A DNA stretch of 64,000 bases from Candidatus Sulfotelmatobacter sp. (GTDB lineage Bacteria; Acidobacteriota; Terriglobia; Terriglobales; Acidobacteriaceae). Location: contig DATHMS010000025.1 of NCBI GenBank assembly GCA_035486795.1, forward strand, positions 16 to 64,015, in the 5' to 3' direction. A program made the position numbers and the translations under genes. The notes beneath the pieces are model-generated. The model saw only the letters and a list, made by a program, of their open reading frames with translations, did no database searches and was not told where the DNA came from. This document shows, piece after piece, positions 1 to 7,823 of this stretch (its first letter is position 1; every line of letters begins with the position of its first letter).

Positions 1-182
1 CCCCGCGAAGCTACTCCGATTGGGTTAGTTGCGCCGTGTTTCCCGAGACGCTCCAATCCCTACCAATTCTCGAACAACGCGGCCCACTTTCTCGGATCGG
101 TGTCCGGATTGAAGCGGGTGGTGACCGACAGAACCGGTTTGCTCCAGGCGCAGCAAATGATTTACTCTCGCGGCAGTCGAAC

Positions 183-1331
183 ATGAACCCAACCAACACC
201 AGCTCCAAGGCCGCGCCCGATGGCTTTTCGCATGCGATGCGCCGGGAAATCTACCAGCAGCCCCAGGCCATCGCGAAAACCATTGAACAGCATTTGAAGG
301 ACGACATTCTCTTCCCCGGCGAACTGCACGCGATTGATGGCGCGCTTCTAACCTTCGAGAAGCTAATCATTGCCGCCAGCGGATCGAGCCGCCATGCCGG
401 TCTGGCGGGCGAAATCATGATCGAAGACCTTTCGGGCGTTGCCGTGGACGTGGAATATGCGAGCGAGTATTGTTACCGCTCTACCCATGCCGCGGTGGAT
501 CCGATCGTGATGGTGGTTACGCAGTCCGGCGAAACGGCCGACACGATTGCCGCCCAACGCGAAGCACTCACCCGGGGAGTGAAGACGATCGCAGTTTCCA
601 ATGTGGCTGAGGCTACGATCCCTCGGGAAGCCAGTGCCGCGCTGATCACGGGAGCTGGTCCAGAACTCGCAGTGCCCGCAACGAAGAGCTTCACTACGCA
701 GGTTACGGTGCTCTACATGATGGCGTTGTTTCTGGCGCGAAGGCGAGGCCGGATGACGTCGGAGGTCACGCGGTCCTATTTGCAGCGGCTGCAGCGGCTT
801 CCGGAGGCGATTGAAAAGAATCTTCGAGACTGGGACGATCTGGCGGAGCGATTCGGGCAGAAGCATTTTCAGGCGGAAAAGTTTTTGTACCTTGGGCGTG
901 GCGTGCATTACGCGATTGCGCGAGAAGGAGCGCTCAAACTCAAGGAAACCTCTTACGCGCACGCCGAAGGCTACCCAGCAGGAGAACTAAAGCACGGGCC
1001 GAACGCGCTGGTGGACGAACATCTTCCAGTCGTGGTGCTGGCGACCTGCGACAAGCGTGATCCGGATTCGGTGCTACGGTACCAGCGGACTCTCGACGTG
1101 ATGAAAGAGGTCAAGTCACGGCGGGGGCAACTGGTGGCGGTCGCGACCGAGGGCGATCATGAAGTCGCCGAAGTTGCCGATGATGTGTTTTATGTTCCGC
1201 CGGCACCCGAGCTATTGCTGCCGATCGTCGAGGTGATTCCCCTGCAGCTATTCGCTTATTATGTCGCGACAAAGAAGGGATACAACGTGGACCATCCGCG
1301 GAACCTGGTAAAGGCGGTGGTTACGGAGTAG
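183..1331 (+). CDS. SIS-domain sugar-phosphate isomerase, GlmS isomerase-half-like (no glutaminase domain)
   Basis: ORF 36..1331 opens with GTG; first ATG at 183 (MNPTN...). Has SIS-type blocks IIAASGSSRHAGLAG and VVTQSGETADT, and C-terminal EGYPAGELKHGP. No N-terminal Cys glutaminase domain. Confidence 0.75.
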   Translation: MNPTNTSSKAAPDGFSHAMRREIYQQPQAIAKTIEQHLKDDILFPGELHAIDGALLTFEKLIIAASGSSRHAGLAGEIMIEDLSGVAVDVEYASEYCYRSTHAAVDPIVMVVTQSGETADTIAAQREALTRGVKTIAVSNVAEATIPREASAALITGAGPELAVPATKSFTTQVTVLYMMALFLARRRGRMTSEVTRSYLQRLQRLPEAIEKNLRDWDDLAERFGQKHFQAEKFLYLGRGVHYAIAREGALKLKETSYAHAEGYPAGELKHGPNALVDEHLPVVVLATCDKRDPDSVLRYQRTLDVMKEVKSRRGQLVAVATEGDHEVAEVADDVFYVPPAPELLLPIVEVIPLQLFAYYVATKKGYNVDHPRNLVKAVVTE

Positions 1332-1466
1332 TCCGTCGTCGCAAGGCTCTTCACCACGGAGGCACGAAGGCACCGAGAAATCAAGAGCAAGACGAGACAA
1401 ATTATAGGGTTTCTCCTTTGTACTCCGTGCAACGTTCTCATTGATCCTCTAAATCCTGACGAAACT

Positions 1467-2933
1467 ATGCCTAATACCAGCTCTTCTCACATCGACCTGC
1501 AAGCTGTCGCGAAAGAGATCGTGCAGCAACATGGATTCAACCCAGATTTTCCGCCGGCGGTTGAACAACAACTGGCGGAGTTGCGGGCTCATCCTCCGAC
1601 GGTCGCCGCGGGAGGACAGGTCCGCGATCTGCGGAGCCCGCTGTGGTCGTCGATTGACAACGACACGTCGAGAGACCTCGACCAGATTGAGGTTGCCGAG
1701 CGATTGCCGAACGGCGATGTAAAGGTTCTGGTGGGCATCGCCGATGTGGACTCCTACGTCCCCAAGCAGAGCGCAATCGATCAGCATGCCGCGCGGGAAA
1801 CCACGTCGGTGTATACGGGGATCCGAACCTTCCCCATGCTGCCGGAAGAGCTTTCTACTGGCAAGACTTCCCTGCTGGAAAATCAGGACCGACTGAGCGT
1901 GGTGGTCGAGTTTGTGGTGGCGGACGACGGCCACGTGGCTTCCAGCGACGTCTATCGCGCGCTGGTTCGCAACCAAGCGCAACTGCAATACAACTCACTG
2001 GGCGCGTGGCTGGAAGGCACAGGAGCGGCGCCACCGAAAGTGGCGGCTTCCGCCGATCTGCAGGCGCAACTGCGGTTGCAGGACGAAGTGGCGCAAAAGC
2101 TGAGGAGCCGACGCTATGAACATGGTGCGCTCGACCTGCAGACCGACGAGATTTATCCCCTATTGCTGGATACGGAAGTGATCGATGTGGTGAAGCAGCA
2201 GAGGAACCACGCCACGGAGTTGATTGAAGACTTCATGATCGCGGCTAATGGAGTAGGGGCGCGGATGCTCGAGAAGGTTTCGTCCTTGCGACGGATTGTA
2301 AAAACGCCGCAGCGTTGGGACCGCATTGTTCAGCTGGCGGCTGGCTACGGCGAGAAACTTCCGGGCGACCCCGATTCCAAAGCGCTCAATGAGTTTCTGA
2401 TCAAGCGCAAGGCCGCGGACCCGGATCATTTTGCCGACCTGTCCCTGGCCGTCATTAAGTTGATTGGGCCGGGAGAATATGTACTGGAGCGACCCGGCGA
2501 ACTGGCACCTGGACATTTTGGCCTAGCAGTACAGGACTACACGCACTCGACCGCCCCTAATCGTCGATTCCCTGACATTGTGACCCAAAGACTGATCAAG
2601 GCGATGCTTGCAGGTCAACCCAATCCTTACTCGGACAGCGAACTCTCCGCCATCGCGGCCAACTGCACCGAAAAGGGAGACGCGGCGCGAAAAGTCGAGC
2701 GCGAAATGTCGAAGCATCTGGCTGCGGTCGCGTTGCAGCATCGCATCGGCGCCATCTTCGATGCCGTGGTCACAGGCGTCACTCCCAAGGGAACGTTTGT
2801 TCGCGTGCTGCAACCGCGTGTCGATGGATTGCTGGCGCAAGGGCAGCAGGGAGTCGATGTGGGAGACAAGTTTCGGGTCAAACTGATTCGCACCGACGTG
2901 CAGCATGGCTTTATCGACTTTGCACGCGTGTAG
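1467..2933 (+). CDS. RNB-domain exoribonuclease (RNase II/R family) with C-terminal S1-like domain
   Basis: 488-aa ORF. RNB catalytic block HFGLAVQDYTHSTAPNRRFPDIVTQRL; C-terminal S1-like FDAVVTGVTPKGTFVRV. Confidence 0.8.
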   Translation: MPNTSSSHIDLQAVAKEIVQQHGFNPDFPPAVEQQLAELRAHPPTVAAGGQVRDLRSPLWSSIDNDTSRDLDQIEVAERLPNGDVKVLVGIADVDSYVPKQSAIDQHAARETTSVYTGIRTFPMLPEELSTGKTSLLENQDRLSVVVEFVVADDGHVASSDVYRALVRNQAQLQYNSLGAWLEGTGAAPPKVAASADLQAQLRLQDEVAQKLRSRRYEHGALDLQTDEIYPLLLDTEVIDVVKQQRNHATELIEDFMIAANGVGARMLEKVSSLRRIVKTPQRWDRIVQLAAGYGEKLPGDPDSKALNEFLIKRKAADPDHFADLSLAVIKLIGPGEYVLERPGELAPGHFGLAVQDYTHSTAPNRRFPDIVTQRLIKAMLAGQPNPYSDSELSAIAANCTEKGDAARKVEREMSKHLAAVALQHRIGAIFDAVVTGVTPKGTFVRVLQPRVDGLLAQGQQGVDVGDKFRVKLIRTDVQHGFIDFARV

Positions 2934-3049
2934 TCCATCCCCAGCAGAGATAACTTCCCGTTCCGGTCATCAGGGAAGGCAATAGTCCAGCAGCCATCCT
3001 GCAAGTTATTCTGGCAAAAGCAGTTAAGTGCGGAAAGGCGGGAGCCTGT

Positions 3050-3721
3050 TTGCTGGACTGGCGCAACCTCGTTTGCGGCGTGATGATCGTGATTTTGCCC
3101 ACGTCGCTCACGGCCCAAGACTCCTCTGGAGCGATGCTGCACAACGAGGGAGGAGTCTGGCTGAATGGGAACCCCGCACCCAATTCTTCGGCGATTTTTC
3201 CGCACGACCTGGTGCGTACCCAGAAAGAAAATAAGGCGCGAATCGACGCCGGCGGGTCCACGGTCACGATCGAGCCGGAAACCATTGTGCAGTTTGAAGG
3301 AGACGAACTCATTCTTGAGCATGGCAGCCTGCAGGTGAACACCTGGCGAGGAATGAGAGTGCGAGTAAATTGTGTGACCGTAAGTCCGCCGGCGCAAGAG
3401 TGGGCTCGCTATGACGTCACCGATGTGGACGGAAGAGCGTTGGTACTGGCGTACCAGAACGATGTCAAGATTCACTACAGCGGTCCGGTCACATGGCGGT
3501 CAAAGCACGTTGAGCTGGCGGACGTGACCGTATATCAGGGCGGGCAGGCAACCCACGAGGATCGATGCGGGGAAGCGCCCAAGACGCCCGACGGCAACCG
3601 ACCCATCCTGGATAGTATTTGGGCCAAAGGAGCCGGGATTGCAGTGATCGTCGGAGTCACTTGCTGGGTTTTATGCCGGGAGAATCCGGTGAGCCCTCCC
3701 GTCAGCCCTGACGCACCGTAG
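3050..3721 (+). CDS. hypothetical secreted or membrane-anchored protein
   Basis: TTG start 6 nt after GGGAG. Signal-like N-terminus (VMIVILPTSLTAQ) and a C-terminal hydrophobic helix (GAGIAVIVGVTCWVL). No recognised catalytic motif. Confidence 0.5.
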   Translation: MLDWRNLVCGVMIVILPTSLTAQDSSGAMLHNEGGVWLNGNPAPNSSAIFPHDLVRTQKENKARIDAGGSTVTIEPETIVQFEGDELILEHGSLQVNTWRGMRVRVNCVTVSPPAQEWARYDVTDVDGRALVLAYQNDVKIHYSGPVTWRSKHVELADVTVYQGGQATHEDRCGEAPKTPDGNRPILDSIWAKGAGIAVIVGVTCWVLCRENPVSPPVSPDAP

Positions 3722-3747
3722 CGCGGCGTTCGGCTGGGAGATTATCG

Positions 3748-4293
3748 CTAGCTGCCTGTGTGCAGGCGTTCGATATCGGCGTTGGTATAGATGCGGTTGG
3801 CGTGCCGGCCTCTAGCCTTGCCATCCGCGGCCGCCTCGGCCAGGGTGATTCCATAACCACGCTCCCGAAGGGCTTGAACCGAGGTCATCTGCCAGACTCC
3901 GCTATCTGAGATGCTGGGTGGGATTTCAGCGGGCAACGAAGATGGTTCCGCCGGGTAAGAAAAACTGATCTGGCTGTTTTCCCCGACGGGAGGTCCGCCG
4001 TAATAGATGGGAAAAAAATCAATCTTGGGCAGGGCGTCGGGATTTGGCAGCAGGACGTTCTGATCGCCGGCGCCAGCGCTCAAGATGCCGGTGGCATTGC
4101 TGGCACCAACCTCAGGGGCTGGACCCGCCAGGGACATGGATGGCGTAGAAATGGGACGCGCGAGCAAGGGAGATCCGTTATTCATCAAATACTGTGGTCC
4201 TGTGGCAAAGTTCGTATCCTGGCTGAACGCTGTTCCTAGGCCTAAAACGATGAGTAGGGTGCAACAAAACAGGCAATAGAAGGAGATGCGCAT
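3748..4293 (-). CDS. hypothetical secreted protein
   Basis: In-frame ATG at 4293 within ORF 3748..4743 gives MRISFYCLFCCTLLIVLGLGTAFSQ, a signal peptide. The upstream part of the ORF is Cys/Arg/Ser-rich shadow-like sequence. Confidence 0.5.
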   Translation of the reverse strand: MRISFYCLFCCTLLIVLGLGTAFSQDTNFATGPQYLMNNGSPLLARPISTPSMSLAGPAPEVGASNATGILSAGAGDQNVLLPNPDALPKIDFFPIYYGGPPVGENSQISFSYPAEPSSLPAEIPPSISDSGVWQMTSVQALRERGYGITLAEAAADGKARGRHANRIYTNADIERLHTGS

Positions 4294-4369
4294 GAGGGCC
4301 TCCGCAGCGTAGCAGCAATCATGGTAATTATGATGCAAAGGAGCTGCGCGCCGCCAGAGTCGTTGGACC

Positions 4370-4906
4370 CTAATTGCCGGTCTGGTCAAGGCCTTGGGGC
4401 GCAATCGATTGGCGGGATCGCCGGCGCTGGCGTTCCGACAGCAGCAAGAAGAGCATGTACAGGACGATTCCAATGTTAGCCACAAACACCGTCGTGCGGA
4501 GGACCGTAATGCCCCGCATGAGCCCGCGGATCTCGAGTGGGAGAAACAGAGTTCCAGACACGAAGGCAAGCCACTCAGCCCAAGTACGCTGCATCCACAA
4601 GCCGTAGGCCTCGGCAAAGCGCAAGACGGAATAGGCGAAGGCGAACTGCGCCGCCATCCACAAACGGGCGTCGGTGAGCCGGTCGGAGAAATCGAGGAAG
4701 TCCTGCGCCCATCGCCGGTCGGTGTTGACGCGCAACAGGGCAAGCAGGCTCTCGGCGATCACCCAGACATCTTTGTGAACGAGCAAGAGAGCGCTCAGCC
4801 CGATCAACAGGACGAAAATACCCTTGGTGAATTCGAAGGAAGCAACCACGCGCAGCAGATTCTTCTGGGCGCGGTGTAAGTCGATTTTCGTTGCCGGCGA
4901 TAGCAT
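4370..4906 (-). CDS. DUF2127-like integral membrane protein
   Basis: 178 aa with about four hydrophobic helices. The N-terminal FEFTKGIFVLLIGLSALLLV pattern is recalled from DUF2127 proteins. Confidence 0.55.
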   Translation of the reverse strand: MLSPATKIDLHRAQKNLLRVVASFEFTKGIFVLLIGLSALLLVHKDVWVIAESLLALLRVNTDRRWAQDFLDFSDRLTDARLWMAAQFAFAYSVLRFAEAYGLWMQRTWAEWLAFVSGTLFLPLEIRGLMRGITVLRTTVFVANIGIVLYMLFLLLSERQRRRSRQSIAPQGLDQTGN

Positions 4907-5002
4907 GCGGCGCGCAAGTAATCTCAGGTTACCACGACTACCTGCATCGTTCTTTCTTTCGCGAAGCCCGCATCGGGAAAGCGATGTCTCCTGCAGTATT
5001 CT

Positions 5003-6025
5003 TCAGCTTTTTCGGCTGCGCACTGCGGCGCGAAGCTCGTTTACGATCTCGCGGGAAGCCTTGATAGCGGCAGCATGCTGGTTCACGTTGAAGGAGATCG
5101 CGCCTACGCGGGCGTGCCCGCCTCCTCCATAGCGCTCACAAATCTTGGCCAGATTGACGATAGGTTCCTCCGGAGCCCAGGGGTTGGAACCGACCGAAAC
5201 CTTCACGCGAAAACTGCTCTTGCTGAGTCCCACGCTGTAGATCGATTCCGGATGGAGATAGTAGGGAACAAACTTGTTGTAGCCTTCGAGATCCTGATCT
5301 GTGACGTCGAAGAAAATGGTTCCGTCTATGCACTCGGTGCGCTGCTTCAGGATTTCAATGGAGATTTCGTGGCGACGAAGCAGTGGAGGCAGGAGCGGAG
5401 CCACAAAGGGTTCTTCGAGGATCGCGGCAAGAGACTTAGTGGCCAGAAGCGGAATCAGGTTGGGGACAAATTGATCGGGCGCGGACTCGATGACCATGGT
5501 TAGTTTCATGGCCGGCGCCTGCATCTCAACCGCGGTCTTGGCGTCGGAATAGAGAGCGCCATCAATGATGTCAGTCCAGTGGACAAGGTCGGCCACTGGA
5601 GCGGGGTCAAAGCCAAAGTGCTGCTGCGCGATCATGGCGATGAAACTGGTGCAGGATTTGAACTCCGGATCGTAGAACTTTCGATTGCTCTCGTCGTGCT
5701 CAAAGTGGGCGGCGTCGGCGGGCGAGAGAAACGCGCTTTCGTGATGGTCAAACCACCATGTGATCCTGGGCGAACTGGAGTACTTGAAATCGACGATGGC
5801 ATTTTCGTCGCCGGTAAACTGAGATTCGTCAAAAAGCGCGCCGGCGCGATGCAAGAGGCCGGAGTAAACGAAGTCGGCGTCTTCGCGGATTCGCTCACGA
5901 TAAAAACGAGAGAAGAGCGCAGCGGAGCAAGCTCCGTCGAAACACTTGTCGTGATAGAAGACTCTGACTTTCAATGAACGCCCCAATCGGCCAAGAATCC
6001 CCGCCGCCCGCAAGGCCACATGCAA
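5003..6025 (-). CDS. DHH/DHHA1-family phosphoesterase-like protein
   Basis: Motifs FYHDKCFDGACSA, WWFDHHES (DHH) and GGGGHARVGA (DHHA1). The listed start is TTG, so the exact start is uncertain. Confidence 0.65.
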   Translation of the reverse strand: MHVALRAAGILGRLGRSLKVRVFYHDKCFDGACSAALFSRFYRERIREDADFVYSGLLHRAGALFDESQFTGDENAIVDFKYSSSPRITWWFDHHESAFLSPADAAHFEHDESNRKFYDPEFKSCTSFIAMIAQQHFGFDPAPVADLVHWTDIIDGALYSDAKTAVEMQAPAMKLTMVIESAPDQFVPNLIPLLATKSLAAILEEPFVAPLLPPLLRRHEISIEILKQRTECIDGTIFFDVTDQDLEGYNKFVPYYLHPESIYSVGLSKSSFRVKVSVGSNPWAPEEPIVNLAKICERYGGGGHARVGAISFNVNQHAAAIKASREIVNELRAAVRSRKS

Positions 6026-6125
6026 AGCATTCCGGTGGGCAGGGTAAAAGCTAATAGGATTGACAGCTTAGAGGAAGAAAGTCAAGGGCGCGAGTTCCGC
6101 GATCGACCGCACGAACATCTTGCGC

Positions 6126-6563
6126 CTAACCAGCCTGCTTCTCCGCCAAGTCACCGATCACGGGCAGCTTGAACATCTGCCCCTGGTTGGCTTTCAGCAC
6201 AAGGATGATCCAGACGATGAAACCGCCCAGTCCGACCAGCGCCCGAACCACCAGGGTGAGAAAACCCAGCAGCGGGATATGAACTACGATGCGCAGCCCG
6301 ATCCATAGAATCCACCAAGCTACGTTGAAGAACACGCACTGCCACGCGTGGAAGCGGACGAAGCGGCTTTTGTTGTAGGGCTCCAGCACGAGGAAGATGA
6401 TGGCAGGGATGATGGTGAAATAAGCCAGCATTCCGGCAACATTGTCAGCCAATCCCGAGGCGGAGGTGGAGGCGGCGGGTGCGACCGCGGCCCGGCCGCT
6501 GCACGCCGCGCACGTGGTCGCGCCATCGGCAATTCTTGCGCCACACATGTTGCAAAATGCCAT
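6126..6563 (-). CDS. zinc-ribbon plus DUF4870-like membrane protein (paralog 1)
   Basis: N-terminal CNMC-x9-CAAC zinc ribbon followed by three TM helices. Shares EPYNKSRFVRFHAWQ and MFKLPVIGDLAEKQ with the neighbouring gene. Confidence 0.7.
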   Translation of the reverse strand: MAFCNMCGARIADGATTCAACSGRAAVAPAASTSASGLADNVAGMLAYFTIIPAIIFLVLEPYNKSRFVRFHAWQCVFFNVAWWILWIGLRIVVHIPLLGFLTLVVRALVGLGGFIVWIILVLKANQGQMFKLPVIGDLAEKQAG

Positions 6564-6702
6564 TGGAATCCCCCCTCAGTCTTCATCGCGGAACACGCGA
6601 GCATTCAGCTAGACCACACGTGTCGGCACAGAGCGATGTTGCGGCAAAATACCAGAAAAGCACATTGGAAGCAATTAACAAGTTGGACCGACAGGCGTGA
6701 GT

Positions 6703-7161
6703 TCAGCCCGCAAGAGTTTGCCGTTCTGCAAAGTCGCCGATCAGCGGGAGCTTGAACATTTCGCCTTGCAGAGCCTTGACAACGAGCACGACCCAAACCA
6801 TGAAAAACGCGAGACTGACCACCATCGAGACCAGCCAGACAAGCGGATGGCCTATTGCGGGGATGAAAAACAGCAGGAAGCCCACAACCCTGAGCGATGC
6901 TCCGATTACCACGCCCGCCAGACACACCCCGAGGAATTGAAAAGAATGAAAGCGCACGAAGCGATTCTTGTTGTAGGGCTCGACCAGAAGAAAGACGATC
7001 GCCGGCACGAGAAAGTAAGCGAGCGCACCGGCCAACTTCTCAGGAAGCATGCCCACCATGCCATGCGCGCGTTCAACTGGACTCATGGAGCGGCCGCAAC
7101 CTGGGCAGTAGGAAGCAGTGTCGGGCATGGCAGCGGCGCAGTCGGGACAGGCGATTGGCAT
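6703..7161 (-). CDS. zinc-ribbon plus DUF4870-like membrane protein (paralog 2)
   Basis: ATG at 7161 (MPIACPDC...) preceded by AAGGA; the listed ORF start at 7173 is TTG. Has a CPDC-x10-CPGC ribbon, EPYNKNRFVRFHSFQ and MFKLPLIGDFAERQ. Starts 8 nt after the fur-family stop. Confidence 0.7.
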   Translation of the reverse strand: MPIACPDCAAAMPDTASYCPGCGRSMSPVERAHGMVGMLPEKLAGALAYFLVPAIVFLLVEPYNKNRFVRFHSFQFLGVCLAGVVIGASLRVVGFLLFFIPAIGHPLVWLVSMVVSLAFFMVWVVLVVKALQGEMFKLPLIGDFAERQTLAG

Positions 7162-7169
7162 GAATTCCT

Positions 7170-7688
7170 TCAAACCGGCTGCGGAGCAGCGCGTTTCTTG
7201 CGGCAGTCTTCACAAACACCGTAAATCTGGAAGGTGTGACGGGTCGTCGCGTAATGATGCCTTCGCCCGATTTCCTGCTCCAACTGATCCACTTCGCGAG
7301 AAAAAAATTCCACCGAACTGCCGCACTCGGTGCAGACCATGTGGTGATGGCTGCGCCGGTTATATTGGTGCTCATAGCGGGCAATGCCGTCGTGGAAGGC
7401 GACTTCGCTAGCCAGTCCGCACTCCGCCAGCAGCTTGAGAGTGCGATAGACGGTAGTGTAGCCGATGCCGGCGTCTTTCTTCTGGACCAGGCGGTGCAGT
7501 TCGTCGGTGGAGAGGTGGTCGCGGGTTTCGAGGAATGAGCGCAAGATCGTGTCCCGCTGGGCCGTCTGCTTCAATCCGACTCGCTTGAGATGGCGGTGGA
7601 GGATGTCCTGGGCCTCGCGCACCATCTCGCGAGAGATGGAGGGCTGGTCATCGATGCGCTTCTGCAACATGAAGGGCAAGGATAGCAT
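7170..7688 (-). CDS. fur: Fur-family metalloregulator
   Basis: Winged-helix block TAQRDTILRSF...GIGYTTVYRTLKLL, then HHHMVCTECG and VCEDC (two CxxC pairs). Fur, Zur or PerR subtype is not resolvable. Confidence 0.85.
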   Translation of the reverse strand: MLSLPFMLQKRIDDQPSISREMVREAQDILHRHLKRVGLKQTAQRDTILRSFLETRDHLSTDELHRLVQKKDAGIGYTTVYRTLKLLAECGLASEVAFHDGIARYEHQYNRRSHHHMVCTECGSSVEFFSREVDQLEQEIGRRHHYATTRHTFQIYGVCEDCRKKRAAPQPV

Positions 7689-7697
7689 CGGGCATCT

Positions 7698-7718
7698 TGA
7701 AAATGAAATTCATTTTCA
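7698..7718. promoter_or_regulatory. Fur-type palindromic operator
   Basis: TGAAAATGAAATTCATTTTCA is a perfect 10-1-10 palindrome. It is AT-rich in GC-rich DNA and lies between the divergent fur gene (ATG 7688) and the acylase gene (ATG 7824). Confidence 0.65.
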
Positions 7719-7823
7719 GTGAGAAGCGAGCCCAGCAGAGAAGAGCCAGAGTCGATTTCGCAAGGCTCTACGGGTCGGCCGGAAGCGTGCGGTGACGAAA
7801 CGGCTGCTAAAATCGAATTGCTC

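Noticed and set aside
363-962. Long antisense or alternative-frame ORFs, for example 363..962, 9090..9818, 19389..20159, 39760..40728, 44355..45488, 44582..45676, 46252..47355 and 52440..53432.
   Set aside because: They lie opposite or out of frame to genes with unmistakable conserved motifs. Their products are Arg/Pro/Gly/Ala-rich with no motifs. This is the expected shadow-ORF behaviour of GC-rich DNA.
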